DNA from: Oopsacas minuta
Lineage: Eukaryota; Animalia; Porifera
Reading direction: 5' to 3'
Length of the DNA: 64,000 bases
Assembly (NCBI GenBank): GCA_024704765.1
Contig: JAKMXF010000312.1
Coordinates: forward strand, 62,001-126,000
Shown here: in pieces, positions 1 to 12,910 of the stretch
How positions within the stretch are numbered: position 1 is the first letter of the stretch
How the letters are laid out: every line of letters starts with the position of its first letter
Program-made: the position numbers and the translations under genes
The notes under the pieces: generated by a model
What the model was told of the DNA's origin: nothing
The model's input: only the letters and a program-made list of their open reading frames with translations
The model's database searches: none

Positions 1-3000
1 ACCACAGGCTCTCAGAACCTGTTCTGTCTGGTACGGTATGGGTCCCCGGGTAATCTCATGGGTCGCATGGTAGCAAGAGGTGTTGATGCTAATGAGTTTA
101 CTGTAGCTCTGAGTGAGGTGAGACAAAATGGGAGATTAGAGGACGGATATTCTGCTATGAATGTAAGTTATGTAAATAATAATAACAAGATTTGTTTACT
201 TGCTCTGTGCGGTCTGTATAACTATATTGTTAGAGTCTCAAATCTGATAGGACAATATTTTTAACACCTATCTCAGAGACTTTATGAGATATCGCTTAGA
301 TATTAGAACCTGTCACTATATTTATCACATACCACACTCATCCAAAATTTCAAGTCTCAGTTCCTCCGTTTAAAACAAATAATAACATACATACCAACAC
401 CTCTCTTCTGTATCTAGGTAGCAATTGAAGAATGTGGCATACGGACGGGTACAGCTCACATAATGATACTAGTGACAGATGAGGGTAGGAATATAGTAGA
501 CCAATCATTAAACAGAGTTAATATGGAACAGCTGTTAATTAGAAATTCCATTATACTTAATGTTGTTGTTAACACCCAGTTTGGTCTCAGAGGGTACTAT
601 AACGGTCCATTTGCTATTGGTATGAATTCTAGAGGCGATGGGTACTACGGGGACAACTCAGGGAACTGTCTGACTGTACCAAGCAGTATAATCAACTTCC
701 CAGGTATATTCATATTTTGTCACCTTCTGATAATATTTCTTACATCACATTCTATACACATACCAAATTACAATTCTCTATTTAACACTTCTAGGTGATA
801 ACAACACAAACGCAGCATATGTGGAGCTAGCACATGCAACTAACGGTGCTTCCTGGGATATTAATCAGCTGAGGAATGGAGGTGCTATCGCGCAATCATT
901 CAGTAATTGTCTTATTAAAGTTAAGATAGATGAAATTATTACTGTACTGGCCAGCTGTAGGGAATGTTTGTGTGTTGCTGGAGAGCTCAGATGTAGCGAG
1001 GTGAGTAGTAAACAATAACAAACAAACAAACAAACAAATAAATAACTAATATAAACTACAATGTATCCTCGTTAATACGACCACCAACACAAAGTCAAAT
1101 CTATTCGAATTAACACCAGTAATACCAATTGAATAACCATTGTAGGGGCCTGATTTATGAAATTATTGTTCCTTTTATCCGTAACACACACCCCTAGGGG
1201 CATTATTGCACCCTAGGGTATCAAATAACTGACTATTACGATAGAATTAATTATCCTTTCTTCTTATCCAATCATATTACGTACTTCTGTTATTGGTTCT
1301 AAGAATGTCCTTACTTGATTGGTTAATATTGGTGTTATTGGTGTCATATTATTAAGCATGTTATGAATTACAGGATAGCTTAATTCTATTAATTATTGTG
1401 ACACTAAAGGACACAATTAAATATTCATTATCATCAGCAACTTGTAATCTGATTGGTTGCAATTTTTATGCCACCTCCACAGGTTTAGTTGCATATTCTA
1501 ATTTGTGGTTAAATAAGCTCCGATTAGAACCAGCTGGTGTGAATACTTTAGCGTTGCTTGGATACACAATGCCTGCTGTAGAATGCATATTAACCTGCCT
1601 ATTGGTTAATACGCCTGCCTTAAATATGTAAAATCTTTTTATCTATATATTGAGGCTATTTCACACCTTTTATGGAAGTGTTTATTAACCAATTATATTT
1701 GAGGAAATTTTACTAATCATATTATCTAATATTATTAAATTCTTATAATTCCTAATACCCAAAGCGTTTCCATGAATAGCTCATATATTCTCTCTAATCT
1801 TATTGGTCCTTATTCTATATTAGATACAACTAGGACCAGGAGAGGAATGTGGGGTGACATTACCCATAGAGGATGAGTGCTGTGGGGCCTGTGACTGTAC
1901 CTCTGGTACCCTAACCTGTCCCTATTCCCGCACTAATCTGTGTAACAAGGATTGCAGGTGTGAATTGGAACCAGAATCAACCACATATATACAAGTCTGT
2001 GACACAATTGTAAAGGATTGTCCTCCTCGTTCTATTGGTTAGTTTATCACCTAATAAGGCTGGTAAATATTCATATGAATATACTGGAACTAAAATTCGC
2101 GGGGATATTATAACCAATGAGACTATACCCTTATTCTATTTATAGAACCTCAAGTCTGTGATGAAGATTACGGACAAGAAATACATCTATTACAAAATGT
2201 GACAGCTGTAGATCATGCCATATGTGGATCAACCGACACATTAATTGACACCTTAAGGTTTCCACCTGGTGTTACCAAGACCTACTGCATGTTAGAAACA
2301 CTCATACACTCTATAAATGATAATAGAAAGGTTAGTTAGGTGTTAAACATAACAACAACAAACAATAACAAGCATTTGTGTATTCAGGTAACATTTGTGA
2401 CCAGAGTTAAACAGGATCATGATACCATAGGGGACATATTATCTATCACTAACGCAGGAGGAGATGACACATATCTCCTGATTAGATTAAACCCCTTCAA
2501 CACTACTCTATCCTTCTCCTACAAAACAGCTGATTCTGTTAACACCTTGTATTTTTCACATACTCCACATGACTTTACTGATGAAGAGTGGCACACTCTA
2601 ATCCTAGTGGTGGAGTATGATAGTGTCGTTGTGTATATAGATTGTGTTTTGATTGGTCGAGAAGATATGCACCCTCCTCTGATATCAGAATTTACTGATT
2701 TTACTGATTATGGTCTCACTATAGGGAACTCTAGGGAACTGTCCTCTCAGCTGCTCTATGTAAGTTTTATGTGGTATTAAGTGGTATAATGAGTGTGTGT
2801 GTGTCTACTTGTTTACTTGTTTGTTTACTTGTTTACAGGGCTGTTTAGAGGATCCCTTTATCCTCCTTGACTTCACCCCAGAAGACATATCTTCTCTCCT
2901 CACAGATGTGTGTGGTACATCACCTGAGATCCCTGACAACGAAGTAAGTAATTGGTATGTAGTATATTATCTATAGTGCATTATCATATTTTAACACCTT

Positions 3001-6000
3001 TAGTGTCCAGCTGGCTGCACTAAGGACTGTCCTAAGTGTGAAGTACCAATTTGTTACCATAAAGGTAAGCCCTACACCTCCTCTATGACATGGCAGGGTA
3101 CAGATGAGGACGGTAAAGAGGACCCATGTATCCAATGCAGCTGTATCCAGAATACTAATGTAAGTACATAACACAGGTCTCTAATGGGGTGAGGGGAGTG
3201 TTACATATGTCCAGAATTGTCCCGATTAGTTCACTGGGAAAACAGGTTCCAGTTCCATTTCTATAAATTCATAATTCCTGTCAATCTGGAACCATGTCTC
3301 CCTATTTATCTCATACACAATTGTAATCACAAGTTCTATAGGTGTTTACAATAATTATATTATTTACCTAATCAGCTGATAGTCCAAACAAAATATTAAT
3401 TTCTGTCTCCTTTGGTTACACCTAGTTACCAACGTAAGCAATGGAATGTACATATATCTTACAACTTATTTGACATAATTAGTGACTGGAAAATACCTAG
3501 ACAATACATTCGTTGATTACGTTACCATGGTGATATCACAAAAATGTGCAATACTAATGGTTTGTTTATTACTGTCTTGTTATTTATCATTCCTATCTAC
3601 CAAGTGGGTTGCTAGGTTGAAGTTTAGGATAGTTGCATATTCGTGTATCACCATAGCAACCAAATACTAAGAATACTGATTGGTAATTATGTAAATACTT
3701 ATTGCCATTTTCTAATTTTAGACAAACTTATATGAGACACAATGTGTCACAACCATCTGTGACACACTTGATCCTTGCTACAAGTCAAAGAATGCCACAA
3801 TTTACAAACTGAGGGACCAATGTTGTCCAACCTGCATTCCAAGGAGTACAACTAGGACCCCTACTATGACCCTCACTGATTGGTCTGATTGGTCTGAGTG
3901 TAGTGTTACTTGTGGAGAAGGAGTACAAGATAGGAGGAGAACTTGTACCAATTTATTATATGGACCCATACCCCCTGAAGCACCAGGAGTCAGATACAAA
4001 TGTGATGGACTCAAATATCAAAGAGATTCTTGTTTCACACCTTGTCCAAGTAAGTAAACAGACTAGTAAACAAATATTGAATATAACATGATATTATTTG
4101 AGTTCTATTTTTAGTACACGGAGGGTGGAGTGACTGGCTTAATTGGGGCTCTTGTAGTGAAACATGTGGACTGGGTACCAGAGATAGGTCCAGGTTCTGT
4201 ACCGATCCTGCCCCCCAGCACGGAGGAGACGATTGTCTTGGTTTTTCTGGAGAGACAGAAGAATGTAACCTCGTGAATTGTCCAAGTAAGTGACAGTCTC
4301 AAAATATTTTTTATAAATAGAATATCCTACTCATATACTGGGTAAGCCCTCTAATCTGATAGGTCAAGACCAGGGCTTTATCTAGGTGTCATGAAGGACA
4401 CAATATCCCTACCATGAGACTCTAAATAGCACAGGATCAATATGTTACCATCCCAGAAAGCCTCTGTCCAAATTTGAGAGATATCGCTTAGATATTTGGA
4501 ATATTTGTGTAACATATCTGGATACATGTTTCCTACTCGATTTGTTGTTGGAATAATTTGATTTGTGTCGCTAATATGGCATACATTGGTGTTTGTACAG
4601 AATCCACTTAACTTAAGAGAATATCTGGTAGGTCAAAGGTTAGAGAAGTAAGGTTTCATATTTTGAAGAGTAACTGGATGTGACACTGTCATGCCACTTT
4701 AAAGGATAGAAGCCACTTTGTTCACATTTTAACGAAAGTTTTTCTTTCATAACACGCCTTAATTAGCTTAAGAATTCTCCAAACGAATATTTGCAACATT
4801 CATGGAGGAATGGAATGCATGAATAAATTTGTATAATATATTCCTTGTGAGGGTTGTTATTATTCAACCAATGAAATTTGTCTCTGTTCTGGCGCCTGTT
4901 TTACAGCTGTTCTTCTTTGGCCTCTTTTCTACTCAGCCAATCAAATGTCTTACTTTCCTCTTGGAGATAATGGCGCCTATCATCTTTAAGTGGATCTGGA
5001 ATCTATTGTTTGAGCCACGTGACAGAGATGCCATCTTATATCAATTTGTGCCACATTTGTGTTTTGTTTCCAATTCCTTCTGTTTGATACCTTGTACGTA
5101 AATATAGGATAATGTTGTAACATGGTTACCGATAACATCATTTGGAATTTGATTATTTGTATTATTATTTAGTTGACGGGGTATGGAGTGACTGGACTAC
5201 TTACTCTGATTGTTCCAGAACTTGTTCACAGGGTACCAGAACCAAAACCAGGTCATGTACTGGCCCATTTTACGGAGGAGATGACTGTGAGGGTGTCTCT
5301 ACGGACACTATTATATGTAACCTCAGAGCATGTCCAAGTAAGTTACTTGACAACCATCCTGGGTAATAGCTATTTCTATTTTTTTAAGTTTGTTTACTTA
5401 GCCACTGATTTTATTGGTTGCTATACTGCTGATACCATAAATGAGTATAGTTCCATATTAAACTAGAACTATAATATGAATAATTACTGTGTATGCAATT
5501 TATCCTTTCAGTACAGATAATTGTGCAATAGAGTAGGTAACATATCGCAGGTGTTAATAACTGGAACTATACTTAGATAGTTCCAGTTATATAATGAGGA
5601 TATTTGCATATTATATTTATGTTAACTTGTGTTTATTAGTTGACGGTGAGTGGTCTGAGTGGGACAGCTGGACATCATGCTCTCGTGATTGTGGCACAGG
5701 TAACTCTACCAGGAGGAGGACATGTTCACAACCTCGATACGGGGGTAGAGAGTGTGAAGGGGTGCGTACAGAGGAGAGGACATGTAACACCCATGAGTGC
5801 CCTAGTAAGTTATATTCATCTGTATATGTATCCTCTAATCTGATTGGTGGACACTCTTGTCATAATTAACTCAGAGATATGAGAATATTATTGTTACATA
5901 TTTTCACTCTTCTACAAACAAATAAACAAACAAACAAACAAACAAACAAACAAATAAACAAATAAACTATATTAATATTTGTATATCTACAGTACATGGC

Positions 6001-9000
6001 GGTTGGACAGATTGGTCTGATTTTACAGAATGCTCCAAGACCTGTTCAGAGGGTATACAGAAGAGAAATAGGTCTTGTACTGACCCTGAGCCACAATTCG
6101 GAGGTGACAATTGTGTCGGAGAGGATTTAGAGACATCCTCCTGTTTCTTGATCTTCTGTCCAAGTGAGTTACTACCCTCTAGAGGGTGACAACTAGTACC
6201 ATGTGTACCATGGATATTATGAATCTTTTCTGTAGTTGATGGTGGTTGGTCTGACTGGACAGGCTGGGGAGATTGTTCAGATGATTGTGGCGGTGGTATC
6301 AGGCAGAGGACAAGAGAGTGTAACAATCCTATCCCCCAGCATAGAGGTAGACGCTGTCCTGGGAGATCTACAAGGGTGTCAGAATGTAATGCACATCTCT
6401 GTCCAAGTAATTATACCTTCATAATCTAAACCAGTAATATTTTCAGATACGTACTAATATATTAATGTTCCATTAGCTCATGGTGCTTGGTCAGACTGGA
6501 CCCAGTGGACAGATTGCTCCCTCACCTGTGACCGAGGTTTCAGAGACAGGACCAGGGAGTGTGATAATCCTGCACCCCTTAACGGAGGTCTAGATTGTCC
6601 TAATTACAGTGAAGAAGTAGAGGAATGCAATACCCAAGAGTGTCCAGATGCCTGTAGGACCAATCCCTGTTTCCCTGGAGTAGAGTGTACCACTGATCCA
6701 GACCTTATGCATATAGCTAATTGTGGGAGCTGTCCCGAGGGTTACGATGGGTCTGGAATCACCTGTACAGATATTGATGAGGTTAGCGCCTATTTATATT
6801 ATTTGATAAATTAGAAATCAGTGGAACTTCAGTGTGGTCCCCGTTGTCACTTGTCCCATCACCTACCCTTACTGATCTCTATCCCCTAGTGTACAGAGGC
6901 TAATCCTTGCTACGGAGAATGTTACAATGGTGATGGTAACTTCGTTTGTGCTGAGTGTCCTCTGGGTTACGATGGTACCTCTCTGGAGGGTACAGGATTA
7001 GAATATGCTCATAGGAATAAACAAGTTAGTTAGAATATATGCATTCCTTCTCTCCTTACTGTTGTTATGATGTATACATGTAGGTATGTGATGATATAGA
7101 TGAGTGCTCCACTTCAACAGCCTGTGATGATCTCCAGGAATGTACCAACACCCCTGGAGGGTACATATGTGGACCCTGTCCAGATGGATATTTGGAACAG
7201 GAGGGTAATTGTATTCTAGTGGACCCGTGTGCTGCTGGACAAGCAGGTTGTAGTCCTAAGGCTTACTGTATCCCATCTAGTAGTGCTCACAGCTGTGTGG
7301 TGAGTATACAAAGAATAGTAAACAAAAATATATATACATTACTGATAAATACACAAACAAACAAACAAACAAACAAACAAACAAACAAACAAACAAACAA
7401 ACAAACAAACAAACAAACAGACATACATACATCCATACATTCAATCACTATCACAATCTTATTAAAATCACATTCCATAGTGTCAAATTGGTTACGAGGG
7501 TAACGGTTACGTCTGTAATAAGGATACAGATCTGGATGGTATACCAGATGAAAGATTAGATTATTGTTATACTACGAATAAAAGGTGTCAAGCTGATAAC
7601 TGTCCTGAAATACCCAACAGCGGACAGTTGGACACAGATGGGGATGGGAAAGGAGACAGATGCGACTTTGATGATGACAATGATAGTATTCCGGATTTAG
7701 AGGTTAGTTACATATTGTAACACCTTATAGTTCCATATTCAATTGTTTTGATATGTTTAATCAGGTCTTAACACATTCTGTAGGATAATTGTGATCTCAT
7801 AGCAAATATAAACCAACAGGACAGCGATCATGACTTCGTAGGAGACCTATGTGACAATTGTCCCCATCATTACAATGAACTCCAGGAGGATTACGACCAG
7901 GATGGGATAGGTGACGTATGTGACCCTGATATAGATGGTGACGGTGTTGTTAATGAGATTGATAACTGTGATAGAGTATTTAATCGAGAGCAGACTGATC
8001 AGGATAGAGATGGTGTAGGAGATATATGTGATAACTGTCCTAGGATAGCTAATCCTGAACAGGTAAAAGATAAACACACAAACAAACAAATAAATAACCA
8101 CAATAATCTGTAGACAAATTCAGATGAGGATGACTTAGGGGATGTCTGTGATTCTAATATAGACAATGATCGTGATGGAATAGATGACAGAGTAGACAAT
8201 TGTGTCGGTGTGACTAATCCGACACAATTGAACACTGATGCTAGTGGAGGAGGTGATGAGTGTGATGAGGACGATGATAACGACGGTATTATCGATGAGT
8301 GTCCTGAGTTCGTACAAAACTGTAGACCTGACAACTGTCCTAAAGTGTATAATCCTGATCAGAGAGATACAGATAGTAAGTTACATTTCTAGAATGATTG
8401 ACAAGGAGTTAACACCTTATATAGTGAGATGTCTTAATAACATAGACAATGGGACACACATTTGGTGATTAATCATATTTTCTCATATTTTTATGAAAAT
8501 TCAAAAGCACAATTCTTCAGGCAATAAGAACAAAAATATGAATATATGATTTCACACCTTGTGGGTACTGTTATAAGAACACCCTTAGGAGTAGCAGTAC
8601 ATGTTCTTATAACCAACATCCACTTTATAATATTTGAAACCTTCCAGGAGATGGAGTGGGTGACGCTTGTCAAGGCGACAAAGATGGAGATGGAATCACC
8701 GATGACATAGACGTATGTCCTCTGAATAATGAAATAGCTCATACAGACTTTAAGAATTTTCAAACTATTCGATTAGATCCTGGTCCAATAGATAGTTCTC
8801 AGAGTGACCCTGTATGGAGGATATTAGCTCAGGTATGTGATTGTAAACAAACAAACAAACAAACAAACAAACAAACAAACAAGCAAATAAACAAATATTT
8901 GTTTAGGGTAAAGAAATAACTCAAGATCTAAATTCAGATCCTGGATTACTTCTCGGTAAGTTAATTATAGAATTATTATTATTACACTCCTTATATGGTA

Positions 9001-9786
9001 ATCATGTATAATTGGCCCATTCTTACTAGGAATGGTTTGTAGAGGTTTATTTGTATATTATTGTTGTTTACTTATAGGAAATGATAGATTTGGTTGTGTA
9101 TATTTTGAAGGAACATTTTTTGTAAATACTGAGACAGATAATGATTATGCTGGATTTGTATTCTCATTCCAAAGTAACAGAAAATTCTATTTGGTAACCT
9201 GGAAGCAGGAGGGACAGCGCTACTGGGCTAATAATGGGTATGCGTATCCTGGATTAAGTATAAAGGTGAGTGTTGTGTAAACAAACAAACAAACAAACAA
9301 ATATCTACTCTATTCTCTTCTATAGCTTGTGGACTCAACAACAGGTCCCGGTCCAGAACTCAGGAATGCCATCTGGTCTTCACAAGACATCTTCTCACAG
9401 ACCCGTGTCCTCTGGAGAGATCGTAGCGGTACTCCTTGGGAGGATTTCAAATCGTATCGAGTAGAGATAACACATCTCCCTCAATGTGATTGTAGAATGA
9501 GGGTAGTAGTCCATGATAGTGAGGGAATTATTATTGATTCTGGGTGGATCAGGGACTGTACCCTACAAGGAGGGAAATTGGGGACATTTGTGTTCTCACA
9601 GGAAGCTGTTATCTGGTCCCAGCTCAATTACAAGTGTATTGGTGAGTTAATTGATAAACATCCAAACTAACAAACTAACTAACTAACTAACAAACTAACA
9701 AACAAACAAATAAACAAACAAACAAACTAACAGCTACTTCTATTCTATTTTTAGATTGTAACACCTGCCCTGAAGATCCGCGGTAA
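1..9786 (+). CDS. Thrombospondin-superfamily protein, 5'-partial: vWA-like, Cys-rich linker, LamG/TSP-N, vWC, 7x TSR, EGF repeats, type-3 Ca-binding repeats, C-terminal L-lectin domain
   Basis: Phase-consistent GT-AG exons: <1-162, 418-703, 795-1000, 1824-2037, 2146-2330, 2388-2759, 2839-2943, 3004-3159, 3722-4049, 4115-4285, 5173-5337, 5640-5804, 5993-6163, 6236-6406, 6477-6781, 6890-7024, 7084-7299, 7481-7702, 7784-8062, 8114-8375, 8648-8832, 8907-8955, 9078-9265, 9326-9641, 9755-9786 (TAA). Motifs: [12 protein letters not shown] (TSR), DNCP..N..Q.D.D.DG.GD.CD (type 3), [18 protein letters not shown] and FYLVTWKQ (TSP C-terminal domain). Confidence 0.92.
7354..7419 (+). repeat. (AAAC)n intronic microsatellite; similar runs at ~1019-1040, 5915-5965, 8843-8895, 9278-9300, 9661-9730, 44113-44165
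   Basis: Directly visible tetranucleotide runs, all inside introns. Confidence 0.95.
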
Positions 9787-10135
9787 TTGGCGCCTCAGCC
9801 ATCAATCCACTTATACACTGACACATTTGTTCATATATTCCCTAAACATTCATTAGTTCTGTTATTATTATTATAATTATCAAATAAATATTATTTACTA
9901 TTATTGTTGTGTATTGGTTGCTAGGTAACTAGCAGGTGTATGAATACACATTCCAACCGCATTTAAGCGTTACTATATATGCACACGTAGTGCTTATGTT
10001 TCACGTATATATGAACATAATTTCACACTTATGACTATACTAGCCGCAACTTTTTCTGCTAGACCCTGCGGAATGCTTTTTCGGCCCTCACGATTGTCTT
10101 TTGGAGTTTACGAACCCTCGAGTATTATATGAAGA

Positions 10136-10175
10136 AAGGAATCTGATAGGCCAACGTTGACCTATCAGATTCCTT
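10136..10175. repeat. Perfect 15-bp inverted repeat (hairpin) with a near-palindromic 10-nt loop
   Basis: aaggaatctgatagg-ccaacgttga-cctatcagattcctt, ~220 bp upstream of the tetraspanin at 10396. Confidence 0.85.
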
Positions 10176-10395
10176 CGAAAATGATTGATTTATATGGGCG
10201 AGGTGTGAAAAATTCACATATCTTGTCCAAAATGGTTCGATTCAAAAAATAATTCTTATTTGGAAAGGTTGAGTACGACTTAGTCCACACACAAAATTTG
10301 GTCCTAACCGGCCAGGGTATCTCTGAGAAAACGCGCGGATACATACGATTTCCCTCCTTATTTTATTCACATACAAATCCTCTCATTATTAGCTT

Positions 10396-11169
10396 ATGGG
10401 GTGTCTGGACATAGTCCGAATAATCTTAGCTACGATTAATGTAATCATAAATGGTATAGGAGTCCTCTACGGAGTGGCACTAGTGGCACAAGGGATCGCA
10501 TTTCTCGTCCTCTTCAATATATTCGGTATAGTCACAGATGACTCCCGCTTTTACCTCTATAACGCTATCTTCGCCATATTTATTACTATCGGTGTGGTTC
10601 TGATTGTCTTCTCAGTGGTAGCTATAGCAGGGAGCTGTATGGCCTGTTGTCCTAATAACACCTGTCTGAAGGTTCTTGCCTCTGTAATCTTAATAATAGA
10701 CCTCGTGGTCATAACCCTGGTGTTCTTACTAGCTGTTGCTTCTATCATAATAGTTTTTGTGTACAGTGATATCCTTACTGACAACTTCAACACTCTCCGG
10801 TTCCATCTTGAATGAAGCCTACAGTCTTAGACCCAATGAGACTCATCAAATCGTTGTCCATATACAAAAAACTCTGGGGTGTTGCGGCGTAACTAAAGCG
10901 AGTGATTTCTCCGACTATTCTGGCTACCATTTGGGAACTAACTCCCAGAAAGTTGCTGTGACGAACAGACATCTATCTGCACCATAGCCACGGCCCAGAA
11001 TATTACAGGATGCGGGACCTATTTGACTAAAGTTCTTGAAGAGTACTACAATATTATAGGTGGGATCGGTATCGGACAAGTTGTGATAATCTTGTTACTC
11101 GTAATTCTAGAGATATTCCTGATTATTTTAGTGGTCAGTAAGGATAATGACCAAGTTAGACACGTGTAG
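10396..11169 (+). pseudogene. Intronless tetraspanin with two frameshifts (pseudogene or assembly indels)
   Basis: TM1-3 are in frame 1 (stop TGA at 10813). The CCG-containing loop (LGCCGV) is in frame 2. LPESCC...GC...TM4...TAG(11167-11169) is back in frame 1. Colinear with the intact paralog at 12122-12910. Confidence 0.8.
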
Positions 11170-12121
11170 TGACGACGACGACACTATTAATGACATTAGT
11201 ATTCTAGGTGTTAAGATTACACATCACTTATTTATTCTTTTATTTTCATTTCACTTTTCATACTTGTTATATCATTTTATACTCCAAGGACATTGGTTCT
11301 ATTGTACCCAGAGGGGATAGGGGAAGAACCGGGGATTAGAAAAGTTGACCTCCCGGGGGGTGGGGGGCACTTGATCCGCCCTCCTTGTACCGGTTTCTCC
11401 AATGGCGGTCAGTTCCTGAGTACTATCATAAATACTTTCACTTAACGTTAATATTTCTGATAAATTTATTCTTACAGGGGACAGGGGTAAGGTCTTGCCC
11501 CCTACTATGAGGACATATATTCGGAACCACCTGGTTACTAAGAAGGAATTCACGGGGCTCCTGATTGTTCCCATCGATCCAATAAGTAATGAAACAGGAC
11601 ACAATTAATCAATTGTAAACAACAACAGACAAATGTCTAAATATATACACACACTAGCTATAACATTAACACATATTAGTATAGTTCTTAGACAGATTAT
11701 TGTGTACCTTAAACTTGTATAAACAACTCCCTCAGTTATTAATTACCACCTACACATATGATTATACTGGGTATAGAATCACAGCAACACTGATAGTGTT
11801 ATTATTCAATTACAACAACAAGCAATGACATATCTCCAATTACCTTATGGGGTATTTTAGACATCTGTATATTGGTCTTGCTCCCTTCCCCTGTCTCTTG
11901 TCCCCTCGTCCCCCTCAAGGGGTACATAGCCTCATATATATATATATAAATATAACGCGTTCTTCTCCCTTTCCCATGAAACGCATTATTATTAATTAAT
12001 AATAACAACAATAACAAAATACAATAAACAAATATTCTTAATTAATAACTAAATACAGCTCTAACAAAATGTTACTTTTGTATACTAAACACACACACAC
12101 TTTATAAAGTGGCACATGCCA

Positions 12122-12910
12122 CTATACCACCTTCATGCCACCATCCTTATCAGCCATGATAACCAGGATGATTAGCACTAATTCCACAAGCATGAATAGG
12201 AGTATAACAATTAGTTCGAATATTCCGACACCTCCAATCCAGTTGTAATATTCCTCCAGCTGTTCACGGATGAACCTTCCGCATCCTTGTGCTTCAGTTG
12301 CTTCTGCCTCTGTACAGAGGATTACCGTAGAGTTACAACAACCCTGTGGTAGGTAAGACGTGTTGTACCCAGGGTACTCTGCGAAATCTCCTGGACCAGT
12401 TACCCCACAACAACCTACTAAACTTTGTATAGCAATAACTGCGGTTTGTGTCAAGTCAAACTCCTCCATATAGCTCTCATTAACGGCACTGTTAAGGACT
12501 GGGATTAAATTATTAGCTACGTTATTACTGAACACGAATGCCACAACTACACCAGCAAGTGCCAGCAGGAACACGACAACAAATGCGATCAGATGTGCGG
12601 ATAGGAAACACACGGCTATTCCCTTCATGACACCATTCGCCGGACAATATGCTAGATAACTCCCTACAATAGCCGCTACTGTGAATATCACAGCGATCAC
12701 ACCAACAGCAACACATAAGGAGAACCCAACATTGAAGAAGAGGATATTCTCACTTAAATTGCCACTAAAGAATAAATTTAACCTAACCAAGCCTACCACA
12801 CCGATAGCAATTATAATCACCGAAAAGAGGAACCCAAGAATATTAGCGATTATGTTAATAACCGCTAAAAGTATACGTAACGCTGCAAGGAAACCCATTT
12901 TTGCGATCAA
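12122..12910 (-). CDS. Tetraspanin, intronless, 262 aa
   Basis: Four hydrophobic segments; large EC2 with CCG, P..CC and GC motifs. Confidence 0.9.
   Translation of the reverse strand: MIAKMGFLAALRILLAVINIIANILGFLFSVIIIAIGVVGLVRLNLFFSGNLSENILFFNVGFSLCVAVGVIAVIFTVAAIVGSYLAYCPANGVMKGIAVCFLSAHLIAFVVVFLLALAGVVVAFVFSNNVANNLIPVLNSAVNESYMEEFDLTQTAVIAIQSLVGCCGVTGPGDFAEYPGYNTSYLPQGCCNSTVILCTEAEATEAQGCGRFIREQLEEYYNWIGGVGIFELIVILLFMLVELVLIILVIMADKDGGMKVV

Noticed and set aside
1398-1631. 77-aa ORF inside a TSP intron
   Set aside because: No domain signal and it does not fit the flanking phase-0 junction.
11299-11604. 101-aa minus-strand ORF between the tetraspanins
   Set aside because: No recognisable motif, non-ATG start and no splice partners found.
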